64,000 nt of DNA from the human T2T-CHM13v2.0 reference genome, Homo sapiens (GCF_009914755.1 NC_060933.1), one strand, 5' to 3'; numbered from the stretch's first letter, positions 1 to 18,340 are shown. Numbers and translations are program-made. Notes: generated from the letters alone by a model not told the origin.

Positions 1-1371
<1,371 letters not shown>

Positions 1372-2926
1372 GTAAAATTACTAGTCTTCAAAAATCAGTT
1401 GTATCTTCAACATTTCCTACCTCTGCAAAATGCATCACCATTCTCCCAGTTACCCAGGCTTAAAACCTCAGAATTCTATCAAATTATTTCATTTCCTTAC
1501 ATCTCATGTTTAATTAGTCACTGATTCCCATCAATTTTCCCCTATCATGTTTAATAGTACCAACACATTATTTCTCTTAGAAAAACATGTTTCTAGTTTA
1601 GGTTCTTAATGTAGCCTATTTTTAAAATATCTCAAAGTTTGCCATACAGTCTTTATTTCTTATTTCTTAAAATATTTTCTACATTTTGATACAACTAACC
1701 TTTCTAAAGCATAAATATCTCACTTTGTCACTTGTCTGCCCCAAAAAAAACATAAAAATATCTTCTTGGTCTAGAAAGTAAAATTATAATGCTTGGCATA
1801 ATGTAGACAGAAATAGAAATTCCCATTTATCCTTTTTCTCCTTTGCCCCCACACTTTTCTTCCATGTTCACATCAGTACCTAATGTCCCAGACATATGGA
1901 ATTCATTGTTTCATGAATAGAGCCAACACATTCTAACTACCATGCATTTAGTCAAACCATCTGGCCACCTGGAATTTCCTACCATCCCCCATAAAATTTA
2001 AATTAAAAAATTCCACTGTTCTGTCCTCTCTGAAGATGTCCCTGAACCCTTATTGAAACTCATTGACATATCCTTTGGTTCCCGCAGCCTTTATTGTATA
2101 TGTCATAATTTAGCACATACATTACTCTGCCGTACATTTTAGTAAGTTAATGACCTGTCTCTTTTCACTGATAAAACAGTGTCAGGATTTTTTCATTTTT
2201 GTATTCCCTACTGGTCCACAGAGTGGTATGAACATATAATTTGCTAAGTTAATTTTAAATTGACTTAAACTTACTGGTAACTTCACCAATTAACTGTTCT
2301 TTTCCAGTATTACCCTTAGAAATGTCCTTGCCTTGATATATTTTATGTTCTAAAAAATTAATTTCATTTTAAGAATCACATCCTCCAAAACAAAAGAAAC
2401 AAAAGCTCCCATACAATTCTAATGCTAGTTATAGGTAACATTAAAAAATGGCATACCAACTGTAAAAAACAAAAACAAAACAAACAAAAACAAACAAACA
2501 AAACAATTCCCATGAAAGCCAGAGGCAAACAATGCAAATTTTAATGTCAATATTGTCATTTTTTCCTAGGTTAGGGGACAATATAACCACATTTATAAAC
2601 TTGTTCTTTTTGTCTCTCCTCATGTTGACCTCACACATAGCATATTATGCCATTAAAACAACAAAAAAAGGAGAAAATGCTATATTGAAATCCAGTATTT
2701 TCTTACAACAATTCCTTACTGTGAATTGTGAATGAAAATTAAATTCTTTAATCACTAGGAAAGACTCTGAGTGTGCGAGTGTTTCTTTCAGCTGATATAA
2801 ACATTGATAAGATCAAAGCTTGCTCTACATTATCTGTCTTACCAGGTCTTGACTGAATCTCAGAACAAAATCCTGTAGTTTCTCTTTATTTCAGATAAAC
2901 CTTTGATCTTTTAAAAATATAGGCAC

Positions 2927-3214
2927 AGCTGGGCACAGTGGCTCAGGCCTGTAATCTCAGCAGTTTGGGAGGCCGAGGTGGGCAGATAATGAGGTCTAGA
3001 TATCGAGACCATCCTGGCCAACATGGTGAAACTCTGTCTCTACTAAAAATACAAAAATTAGCTGGGCGTGGTGGTGCACACTTGTAGTTCCAGCTACTCA
3101 GGAGGCTGAGGCAGGAGAATCGCTTGAACCTAGGAGGCTGAGGTTGCAGTGAGATGAGAACGTGCCATTGCACTCCAGCCTGGGCGACCAAGCGAAATTC
3201 CATCTCAAAAATAA
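2927..3214 (+). mobile_element. Alu, full length
   Basis: Dimeric Alu with A-tail; ATAGGCAC on both sides. Confidence 0.93.
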
Positions 3215-3580
3215 AAAGATAAATAGGCACATCTGGCTAAGGAAATGGCAAAAAGGCAAAAAGATATGCACAAAAAAAGTTAGCCACTACTTGCATTGAA
3301 AATGGGTTTAAGTTTAAGGTTTTGGCAAGTGTTTGAGAAAAATATGAATTAAGCTCATTTTCTGTGAAGACAAGTCTCTAGGCGTTTAGTTTTGGTTAAG
3401 TTAAATACTTAAATCTATTTAAAATTTTAAAGACCTTAGTAATGTAAACAAATGGTGTTGAGTTTGGACTTCTCTACAATATCTATGTGGAATCTTAGGA
3501 AAGGAAGAATGAAAGGATACAATACATTTTAAATGGTAGTTCAGCCTAAATCCTAAGCATAAGCATAATACACTGCTGCA

Positions 3581-4267
<687 letters not shown>

Positions 4268-4336
4268 AATATGTTACTTTTAAAAAATAAGTTATTCGTT
4301 TTAGTTTTCTTCTGTTGCTAATGATCATTTCTATTT

Positions 4337-5347
4337 TGTAGAGAAAAGGAAGAGGGATCAGACTGTTACTGTGTCTATGTAGAAAGGGAAGACATAATAA
4401 ATTCCATTTTGACCTGTACCTTGAACAATTGCTTTGTGTCCTGAGATTCTGTTAATCTGTAACTTTGCCCCAATCACTTTGCCCCAACCTCTTTGCCCCA
4501 ACCTTGAGCTCACAAAAACATGTATGGAATCAAGGTTTAAGGGATCTAGGGCTGTGCCTTGTTAACAAAAGGTTTACAAGCAGTATGCTTGGTAAAAGTC
4601 TGCCATTCTCTAGTCTCGATAAACCAAGGGCACAATGCACTGCGGAAAATGGCAGGGACCTCTGCCCTGGAAAGCCGGGTATTGTCCAAGGTTTCTCCCC
4701 ATGTGATAGTCTGAAATATGCCTCATGGGATGAGAAAGACCTGATCACCCCCCAGCCCAACACCCATAAACGGTCTGTGCTGAGGTGGATTAGTAAAAGA
4801 GGAAAGCCTCTTGCAGTTGAGATAGAGGAAGGCCACTGTCTCCTGCCTGCTCCTGGGAGCGGACTGTCTCGGTATAAAACCTGATTTTATATTTGTTCAA
4901 TTCTGAGATAGGAGAAAAACCACCCTATGGTGGGAGGCAAGACACGTTGGCAGCAATGCTGCTTTATTGTTCTTTACTCCACTGAGATGTTTGTGCAGAG
5001 AGAAACATAAATCTGGCCTACGTGCACATCCAGGCATAGTACCTCCCCTTGAACTTAATTATGACACAGATTCTTCTGTTCACATGTTTTTTTGCTGACC
5101 TTCTCCCTATTATCACCCTGCTCTCCTACCGCATTCCTCTTGCTGAGATAATGAAAATAATAATCAATAAAAACTGAGGGAACTCAGAGGCCGGTGCCGG
5201 TGCAGGTGCTTGGTATGCTGAGCGCCGGTCCCCTGGGCCCACACTTCTTTCTCTATACTTTGACTCTGTGTCTTATTTCTTTTCTCAGTCTCTCATCCCA
5301 CCTGACTAGAAGTACCCACAGGTGTGGAGGGGCTGGCCATCCCTTCA
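4337..5347 (+). mobile_element. Solo LTR of HERV-K(HML-2), LTR5B-like
   Basis: TGTAGAGAAAAG...GATCAGACTGTTACTGTGTCTATGTAG start, TATAAAA, AATAAA, ...CCCTTCA end; 5-bp TSD TATTT (4332-4336 / 5348-5352). Confidence 0.92.
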
Positions 5348-5561
5348 TATTTTCACTTAATTTACTCTGAATCCATGCCACTTTTGCATTTGAGGCTAAT
5401 GTTTGTATTGAAGGAAAGGATAGCAAGTCAATTTACAATTGGATTTTTTCAATGTATAGAGTTACATGTTTATTAAAAGGAGTAGCCCTTAATTCTTTTT
5501 AAAAAGCCCATAGCAAGCAAGATGATTAACAATTTTTATATGAACAAATGTCTTACAATAT

Positions 5562-6345
5562 TTTAAATATCTAGAGAACACTGATACCGTCTTCACTTAC
5601 TGACAATGGCATATTATCAATTCACTTTTCCAAAGAGATAGAAGTTACTTCTTTTGACTTAGATCTGACTTCTTAAACTGTCAAATGAAGTATCTGAGTA
5701 TAACTCACCACCTACAACTTGATATTTAGCCTCCTCTCTTCATTTGCTTTGTATTATATGTACTGTAGCCCTTACTTTAATATTTCTATATCTTACACAT
5801 CTTTCTCTCTTAAAAATGTGCTTTCATTTAGATGAGAAATACAATTTTAAGGGAGAAGTTGACTCATGCCTAGTTCTGTATTTTTTTTTAATTGGTGGTC
5901 TATCCTGAGGAAATTAATGTCGCCCTACTGGGTATGATGCTGTCCCTCTGGAGAGATTCCTGCAAGTTATGACCACTGGGGATTTTATAGGTGTCCACAT
6001 TAAGCCTTTCACTGAGAGTAGAGATTAACTTGCAGTTGCCTCTCTGACACAAATATATCTAAGAAATCAACATAATCTTTCAAAACCCTTCCAGCTAATA
6101 CTAGTTTGTAGCCACTATTAATATAGTGGTTCTAAGTTTGTTCCAGGGTCTCAAAGCCTTAAATAATTTCATGATTATACTCAGTTATAACTCAGTAGCT
6201 GAGTTATACTCAGCTACTTCATTTGACAGTTTAAGAAGTCAGATCTAAGTCAAAAGAAGTAACTTCTATCTCTTTGGAAAAGTGAATTGATAATATGCCA
6301 TTGTCAATAAGTGAAGATGGTAGCAGTGTTCTCTAGATGTTTAAA
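5562..6345. repeat. 146-bp inverted repeat (arms 5562-5707 and 6200-6345, 492-bp spacer)
   Basis: Manual reverse-complement comparison gives 5 mismatches in 146 bp; not Alu sequence. Confidence 0.95.
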
Positions 6346-6967
6346 TGTCTAGATGCAAATGTCAACATATAAAGCTTACAAGGACATAACTGGGTGTTTC
6401 ACACTATTATTTTAGTTTTAACCCACTTGATCTATCAAGTTATCTGTCATAGAACAAATGAAAGGCCCCTTTAGAGAAGTCTCAGAATAAAAAATAGGCC
6501 TAGTTATGTTCGTTGGGAGAGAAGTAAATAAAGCATGGGTTTACATTTTCTGTCTATAAGAAATTGTCATTGTAGCTGTTGTTTGTTTCAAAATCTATGT
6601 ACAGTTCTGACCCACCAACTGACAATGGCTGCCTGACTCTAACACTCTGGTGTGTTATTGTAAATTCCCTGAGTCTTCTTTATAGCAAGAGAAAAAATCA
6701 GGACATTCTGAAAGTAATACACTGTGGATATTTACATGGCCAGAGTATAATTTTCTCTGCTTAATAATAAAACTTAATAATGAGCTTAATAATAAAACTC
6801 ACATACAAATACAAAATAAACCTGTGTCAAAATTTATTTCACTTATTCCTGAAGAAATCAGTAGGTGGGAAAGCTGGTTCCAAGAACGAGTTAAAAAAAA
6901 TTACAGATTTTCTTTCCCCAAAAACAAGAAATGTTAGAATAAGACAACTATGTTAGAAGCAAAACTG

Positions 6968-7270
6968 GGCCGGGAGCGCTGGCTCACACCTGTAATCCCA
7001 GCACTTTGGGAGGCTGAGGCGGGCGGATCACGAGGTCAGAAAATCGAGACCATCCTGACTAACATGGTGAAATCCGGTCTCTACTAAAAATACAAAACCA
7101 AAATTAGCCGGGCGTGGTGGCCTGTAGTCCCAGCTACTCAGGATGCTGAGGTAGGAGAATGGCGTGAACCCAGGAGGCGGAGCTTGCAGTGATCCCAGAT
7201 TGCGCCACTGCACTCCAGCCTGGGCGACAGAGTGAAACTCCATCTCAAAAAAAAAAAAAAAAAAAAAAAA
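6968..7270 (+). mobile_element. AluY-like, full length
   Basis: CpG-rich, AGAATGGCGTGAACCC, long poly(A), TSD GAAGCAAAA(C/T)TG. Confidence 0.93.
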
Positions 7271-7284
7271 GAAGCAAAATTGAT

Positions 7285-8880
<1,596 letters not shown>

Positions 8881-9401
8881 ATATGTATTCCCAATTGCAC
8901 TGTATTTTTGGTTATTAAGCATAAAATTTAAACTTTATTAAACTTATTAGAAAAAGGGAATTGGAAATGTGATATAATGCAGTAATTCACAAAAATGCAT
9001 ACAGTAAATGCACTCAAGAGCAGTTTTTCTGATGCTTGATGAACTCCTATCAGTTGTGAATTAAAACTGATTAATATCCTTCATGGAAACAGATCCATAA
9101 GGTCTGGCATTGTCTTTTTCTACTAGAGAGAAACCTAGAAGTTATCACATAATTGCATAGCGTCTAGGATCAAATCAACTAATACATAGCCAAGTCAAAA
9201 GAAAATGAAGTAATCTTTGGGTTGGCCTTTTAGATGATAGCTTTTAATAATGTAATATTACACTAAATATACATGTGTTATGTCAGAGTTTTAGATACTT
9301 TTCCTTAGCAGTCCCCTATCACAAATATGTCCTCTGTTAGTGCTAATCCATAACTAACTCAGTTCCTTATTTTCATGTCAATAATCTTCAAGTGTTATTC
9401 T

Positions 9402-9703
9402 CTTTTTTATTTTTTTATTTTTTTGAGACAGAGTCTGGCTCGGTCTCCCAGGCTGGAGTACAGTGGTATGATCTCGGCTCACTGCAGGCTCTGCCTCTGG
9501 GTTCACGCCATTCTGCTGCCTCAGCCTCCGGAGTAGCTGGGACTACAGGCGCCCGCCACCATGCCTGGGTAACTTTTTGTATTTTTAGTAGAGACGGGGT
9601 TTCACCATGTTAGCCAGGATGGTCTCGATCTCCTGACCGCGTGATCCGCCCGCCTCAGCCTCCCAAAATGCTGGGATTACAGGCGTGAGCCACCGGCTCG
9701 GCC
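9402..9703 (-). mobile_element. AluY-like
   Basis: Reverse Alu; CAAGTGTTATTCT on both flanks. Confidence 0.93.
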
Positions 9704-10059
9704 TCCAAGTGTTATTCTTAATCAAAAAAAGAAAAAGTTTATCTGACTATAGTTGACCCTGATTATTTATGTAGCTTCAGAAAGAGGAGTTAAACACATA
9801 GGTGAAGTCTTCCCTCCACCAGGTTTTAAAATGTAAGATTCATGGCCTTCTGAAAACACTCCCTTACCAATGTGAGGCTGGAACCATAGAACAGGTGGAG
9901 GAGTTAGTAGGTATTGGCTCAACATTTAAAGTACAATCTTGTTCCTTAATAGGTATTTTCATACCTTATAAACACATGTATGGCCTTGGATGTCCAATTA
10001 AATCCCAAGAGAAAAGGACAGATTCTTGATGAAACTATGCAAATAATAAGAAAGCAAGT

Positions 10060-10372
10060 AAAAAGGGCTCCTCAGCAGAACCTCCGACCAGCTTGCACAC
10101 TGACAGGAGTGCACAATGAGGTGGTGCCTCGGGAAGTTTGCAGCAGGGAGGAGCCTGGCCTCTTCTGTTCCAGGGCGGAGGCTGGGATTCAATCTATGAG
10201 GCAGGAAGCTGGGAAGCAGGACTCACTTTACTGACAGTCTCTGTTTCCCCTTTTTTCCCTTTCGCCCAATAAATTCCATTTTTCTCACCCTTCAAAGCAT
10301 CTGTGAGCCTAATATTTCATGGCTGTGTGACAAGAACGCAGCTTTTAGCTGAACTAAGGAGACAGTCCTACA
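10060..10372 (+). mobile_element. 3' part of an ERV1-class (MER4-group-like) LTR
   Basis: CCCAATAAA poly(A) signal followed by ...GCTGAACTAAGGAGACAGTCCTACAA, typical of such LTR ends; subfamily not resolved. Confidence 0.55.
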
Positions 10373-10874
10373 ATAATAATATGTTGACCTACAAGCATGG
10401 AGAGTCAGTACAAATATATTGTTCTGAATTCTCAGAGAAAAATAGAAATTAGACAGTGTTTGAATGATGTATTTCACTTACCAGGTGTAGTATATATAAT
10501 TGAGGATCAGAGCTAGAAAAAGAAACTGTAATTAATACTCCTTCTACTGGATGTTGAGTCAGTTTTTTGCTTTGATAAAATTATCTACCAATGAGGCAAA
10601 AAGATAAATCCTTAAAACAATGTGATTTAAAAGTAAGTTATTATGCTCAGTACTTTATAGGAGAACATTCAAGTAAGTGTCAGAGGAAAACAAAAACCAC
10701 CTAGAGATGCAACTAAATGGCTGTTTAATTTATATAGTAAACAATAATATAAAAATGGAGAAGAATAAAATTCTGCATTAGGTTCAATACTATCTCATAA
10801 AGACTTGACCAATGTTTCACCTGGGGGCATATACCTCTCCAATTTCCTATTACAATCTCTAATCTATGAGTTAA

Positions 10875-11210
<336 letters not shown>

Positions 11211-11689
11211 ACCATTCATCTTAATATGTAAGATTATGTAAAATGAACTGAGAAGGCTGAGCCCTTTAGAATTGACCTCATGCAACTCACGCAGTTGTGT
11301 AGAACTAATGAAGAAATATGGGGCACACCAAAGAAGCCCAATTTATTTTAGTCTCACTCATGTTATAAGGCAACAATTGTCACAGTTTTTCTAGAGGTCA
11401 CCTAGGAAATCTAAAAAATACTTATTTTTCCCTAAAAATCAGAAAACATTTACTTTTTGGAATTTAAGATATAATTTCAGATGGGCAAAAATTAAGTGTT
11501 ATCAGAGGAGATTTGGTCACTGTGATAAAGATAGGAATACAGGTGCAGAGAAGAAAATGGGGGCAATAATCCCAATAACAATATAATATTCTAAAATAAG
11601 CATAGAAAAAGATATCATAATTGTTAGAAAATGTATCCCTTTCATAATTAATTATGATGTACAAATGTTTTTTTCTTATTTTTCTTTTT

Positions 11690-12212
11690 AGCTACATTGA
11701 AGTAAGATTGATAAATAAAAATTGTACATATTTAAGTTATATAATATGATGTGATGTGTGTATACATTGTGAAGTAATAGCCACTGTCAATTAACATTTT
11801 CATCAACTTACAAAGTTACACTTTCTCTGTGTGTGTCTATGTGTGCTTGTATGGAAATACGTAAGACCTACCCTGTTAGCAAAATTCAAGTATACAATGC
11901 ATTCTTATCAGCTGTAGCTACTATGCTATATATGTTAGGTATCCAGAATTTATTCATCTTTTAACTAAAAGCATCTCCCCCTTTTTCCTACCTTCTAATC
12001 CCTAGCATCTAATGAGTTTAAATTTTTTAGATTTCACAGATAAGTGAGATGATGCAGTATATTTGTCTTTCTGTGTCTCACTTATTTTACTTAGCAATAT
12101 GTTCTCTCAGTCCATCAATGCTATCACAAATTTTAGGATTTCCTTTTTTCTAAGGATGAATAATATTCCATTGTATGTATATGCCACATTTTCTTTATCC
12201 ACTAATCTGTAA
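11690..12212 (-). mobile_element. L1MA-type 3' UTR fragment
   Basis: Reverse L1 3' motifs (GATAAGTGAGATGATGCAGTAT, TGCCACATTTTCTTTATCCA). Confidence 0.7.
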
Positions 12213-12956
12213 TAAAGGCTATTATTCAAAATACACAAGAAACCCTTCAAATTTCACAAGAAAGCAAACAATTCAGTTAAAAATGGGGAAACAATATAAA
12301 TGGATAAGTCACCAAAGGAAATATAAAAATGGCAAATAAGTATTTGAAAATATATTCAACAGCATATGACTTTAGGGGGATAAAGCAATTCTATATATTG
12401 AAATTTCCTTTAACAAAGAAAGCAAATAGAAAACTTTCTCAGAAAAACAAAATTTAAGTGATTGTCAGCTGACCTGTCTTGCAAGAAATACTAAAGGAAG
12501 TTCTTCAAGGGGAGAGAAAATGATGCAAGTGAGAAATTCAGATACACAATAAAGAAGAAATAAATGAAAAAGAATAAATTAAAGTTAAAAACTTTTTTTA
12601 TTCTTATTGATCCATAACTGTTTAGTAACAAAAAATGGGTAATTATAGAATGTGGAGAGATGAAATGAACAATAGCAATGTCATAAGGTACAGGAGGTAC
12701 AATCTGGTAGTATTTTTATGGGATACCTACACTACATGTGAAGTAACAATTTTATTTGAAGACAGACATAAAATGTATATAATCAATTCTACTTAATTTA
12801 AAGATAGACTTAAAATGCATATAATCAATTCTAAGATAACCACCACAAGTTTTTAAAAGAAGTGATGAGATCACATCTCATGAGGTGATGAGATACACCA
12901 AGAGCTGAGATAAAAATACAATCATAGAAGATGCTCAATTAAAATAAGAGGAGGCA

Positions 12957-13248
12957 GGCCAGGCACGGTGGCTCATGCCAGTAATCCCAGCACTTTGGGA
13001 TGCCAAGGTGGGTGGACCACCTGAGGCCAGCCTGACCAACATGATGAAACACGTCTCTATTAAAAATATGAAAGTTAGCCTGGTGTTGTGGCACACATCT
13101 GTAATCCCAGCTACTCTAGGCTGAGGTGGGAGGATCACTTTAACCTGGGATGTGGAGGTTGCAGTGTGCCAAGACCACCACTGCACTCCAGCCTGGGTGA
13201 CAGAGTGAGGCTCTATCTCAAAATAAAATAAAATGAAATAAAAATAAA
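12957..13248 (+). mobile_element. Alu with small internal deletions
   Basis: Dimeric Alu, (AAAAT)n tail. Confidence 0.88.
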
Positions 13249-14583
13249 TGAATATAATTAATGTTTATATTCTACTTCAACAAAAGTAGAATACACATTC
13301 TTCTCCAGTTTGTACAAGACACACTGCATTATGGGCCATAAATGTCTTAAAATTTTTCAAAGAATAAAGTTCATACAAAGTACACACTCAGACCACAATA
13401 AAAATTAAAGTAGAAATAAATAGCAGGAAGAGCTGAAAAATTTTTCAAATATTTGAAGACTTAAAAAACATCTAAATGCATCCCAAAAGAAGAGTAACTA
13501 AAATATTTAGAATTAAAAGGAAATGGAATCACAACTTATTAAAATATATGAGATACAGTAGAACTAGTACCTAAATTTATAGCATTAAATGCATATTATT
13601 ATGAAAAAGGAAATAAAAACAATAACCTAAGCTTCTGCCTTAAGAAACTAGAAAAAGAAAATCCAAAGTAAGTAACAAGGGAAAAAATATATAAAGTATA
13701 GCAGATATCAGTAAAATAGAAAACAGGAAAACAATAGAGAAAATCAATGAAACAGAAAGCTGTTTCTTTGAAAAGATCCATAAACTTGCTAACATTTAGA
13801 CAAACTAATAAAGAAAAAAAGAGAGAATGCACAACTTACAAATATTGGAAGTGAAAGAGGGATATGGGTTATGACTCCTGATTTTGTGGACATTAAAAGG
13901 ATAATATATTTACTATATTAAAACTCTATACTCACAAGTTGAATAACCTATATAAAATGGACAAATACCTTGAAAGACACAATATGCCAATACTCACAAA
14001 AGAAAAAATAAATAACATGAGTACTCTTATATCTATAAAAGGAATTGAATAAATAGTTAATAACTCGCCCCCCCACCAATGGTTCCAGGCCCGAATGTCT
14101 TTAGTGGTGAGTTCTATCAAGCATTTAAAGGAGAAATTATACCAATTTTCCACAGACTTTTCAAGAAAATGGAATTAGAGAGAACACTTCCTAATTCATT
14201 CTATGAGGTAAATATTACCCTCTTACCAAATCCAATAGGCATAACATGAAATAAAATCAATATATCAATATCTCTCATGAACAAAGATTCAATAATCCTT
14301 CACAAAATACTAGACAATTGAATCTAACTATGTATTTATTCTAGGTAAGACTGTATGCAAGACTGATTCAATATTAGAAAATTATCTGCAGAATTTCCTA
14401 AATCAACAGGTTAAGGAAGAAAAATCATGTGACTGTATCAACCGATGTAGAAAAAGCTTATGGCAAAATCTATCACCCATCTATAATTTGAGAAACTCTC
14501 AGAAAACTAGGAATTGAGGTGAATTTTCTTAACTTGAAAAAGAACATCTACAAAAACCCTAGAACTATCATACTTAATGATGA

Positions 14584-15087
<504 letters not shown>

Positions 15088-15380
15088 GCAAATGTGTTTT
15101 TAGGTGTTTATCCACCTTATTTGAAAACTATGTCCACACCAAAACTGGTACATGAATATATATATATAGCAGTTTGTTTATAATTCCCGAAACTGGAAGA
15201 AACCAAGAGGTCTCATAATTGATGAATGGAAAAAAAAAAACAACAAAAAACACTGTGATACATCATATAAGGGAATATTACTTCCTAAAAAAGTAAATGA
15301 TCTGGCAAAAGATTCAGTGAGGAGGTTTAATAGGTGAAGCACATGGGCATTATTTGGACCAGTCAAAGTATTCTGTATGA

Positions 15381-15726
<346 letters not shown>

Positions 15727-15945
15727 TGCATTTGTTAAAAAACAAAGAATCTCACAGCACAAAGAGTGTCACTTAATATATGCAAATTTTAAAACAACAA
15801 CAACAACAACAAAGTAGGTGTTCTGGGGATCCTGGGATGGAATGCAGAAAGTGATAAAAAATCTAAAGTACTACAAATGTATAAAGCCACTTCACTCTAG
15901 GGAGTGGGAAAAACGTGCTGACATAAGCATCTTAGAAAATGGATG

Positions 15946-16260
<315 letters not shown>

Positions 16261-16956
16261 GAAAGAAACAAAATGCATGAAGACTGAAAGGAAGAGAAAC
16301 TGCAAACAACTCATGTGATCTGGTTGGTATAGCTGTTTCCTACAGGAAATGGGATAATGATTCTGATATTGATAGAGAATAAATGTATATTGGAACTAGA
16401 CAGTTAAGCAAATGGATGACAAATGACAGGAGTCTAGTTTCTCACTATTAAAGTGGTAGGTTACATGTAAGCAAAGGGAGAAGGCCAGAATGATCATGTG
16501 ATAAAAGAATTGAGTCGTAGACATCAGTATGAACTAACACTTACACACATTACATTTAGAAATATTTATAGTTATGTCTATACACAGCTTTGTATACACA
16601 CATTTATTTATTTGCTCTGTAAGCTAAGACAGTCTAGAACCAATGATATCCCAGCAGAAATGAGCACATCTAACACTCAAGTCTTCAATTCTTGGGTTTT
16701 TGTTCATGTCCCGGGATCCAGGAGTTGGGCCCTGGGGCTGGGCATTGTGTAGCCTCCGGGGTGGTGCTGAGCATCCATTCCCACTCTCCTGCAGCTGAGG
16801 ACCCATCCCTTGACTTGGGCCCCCTGGAGGCAAGAACATGGTCACCCACTTTAATCACATGGTCCCTATCACATAATCAGAGGGTGCTGTGGGTTTTAAC
16901 TCTTCAAGCTTGATGTGTAAAGAATTCGACATAAATATGATATAGTGACTAGAAGT

Positions 16957-17351
16957 ATTTTATTTATTTATTTTGAGAGAGAGAGTCTCTGTTGCCCAGG
17001 CTTGGAGTGCAGCGGCACAAACAATCAAACAATAACCAAAATCCAGAAGACTGAAAAAGTCAAATGCTGTCAAGGATGTGGAGCAACAGGACCTCTCATT
17101 CCTTGTTTGTGGCACAATCAGTTTACTGTACCCACGAACTCCCGGGTGCAAGTGATCCTCCCACAATCTATCTCCCAAGTAGCTGGGGCCACAGACATGC
17201 ACCACCATGCCTGGCTGATTGGTTTTATTTTTACAGAGATGAACGTTCTCTGTGTTGTCTAAGCTGGTCTCAAACTCCCGGGATCAAGCGATCCTCCTAT
17301 CTCGGTCTCCCAAAGTGCTGTAAGTACAGGCATGAGGTCCTGCACCCAGCC
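16957..17351 (-). mobile_element. Old Alu (J-like) with an 88-bp L1-like insert
   Basis: Reverse Alu split at G(C/T)GGCACAA (17012-17020 / 17109-17117). Confidence 0.8.
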
Positions 17352-17727
17352 TGGAAGTCTTTATAGATAAGTTCAATTTAACTGTTTCTCCATCTGCTCT
17401 ACTCAGCCAAGTTTCCCTCTCAGTCCAAGGGAGAGAACTGCAGCTCAGTCCCATCCAGGATGGCTGCAGATTACCCAGCGCCACCGCCATACTCCAGATG
17501 CTGCTCAACGAGGAAGGGATCCTGAGGCCTGGCAGCTGGCGCTCTCAGCAACCTTGAAGCCCTCTAAACGGGACGGGCCATCCGTGCCTGTCAGAACTGT
17601 AGCCACTACCTGCACTTGGCACACAGGCAAATACGGCCAAGCAACCCCAAACTCCCCTCTTCCCCTCTGGGCCCAGGCAGCGCTGAACCTGCCACTCAGC
17701 TCCATCCTGGCGACTGCACAGTCCCCA

Positions 17728-18340
17728 GAGCCTGCAAACCAGCACTCAGGGCGCGAGCCAAGGAAGAGCAGGGCCTAGAGTGGGAGGGCGTGTGCCACTC
17801 AGTGACCCTCAGGCCATCGGGCCCAGCCCTGCAGCCTCTACCATGGGCTCAGCTGCAGCTGGCATTTGAAGGTGGCAGCAGCAGTGGCAACCCCAGAACA
17901 TGTCCGCCCCACCAGCAGGCGAACCCCAGGGTCGGACAACGCCACTGCACCTAAGTCAGGCAGTGGGACCTCAGTTGCAGGAGGGTGGGAACCTGCCGCA
18001 AAGCCTCATGGCCGCAGCTGTACAGGGCCCAGTGGTGGCGAGCCTGCACTGCCAGCGCGAGCTGAGGAAGAGCAGAGCCCCGGGTGGAAGGGCGATGTAC
18101 TCGGCAATGCTCAGTGGTCTGGGCCCAGCTCTGTAGCCTCTACCATGGGCTCAGCTGCAGCTGCCACCTGGCAGCAGAGGCTGCAACCCCGACCCTGCCA
18201 GCGCCACCAGCAGCATGGATACTTGGGCCAGAAGCCTCCAGGGCGCCTAAGTCAGTGGTTGGGTCCCTGGCTGCAGGAGGGCGGGAACCGACGCTCAGCG
18301 CCACCCCAGAGGCTGCACGATGCCCAGCACCAGGGCCCAG
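17728..18340 (+). repeat. Diverged ~300-bp tandem duplication
   Basis: GCCTCTACCATGGGCTCAGCTGCAGCTG at 17834 and 18136; AGGAAGAGCAG, CCTAAGTCAG and TGCAGGAGGG also shared in the same order. Confidence 0.8.

Noticed and set aside
4465-4884. 139-aa ORF
   Set aside because: It lies wholly within the LTR5B and starts at a non-ATG codon.
12760-12900. 22-bp direct repeat and a 7-bp hairpin within old L1
   Set aside because: Too short and AT-rich to separate from ordinary slippage.
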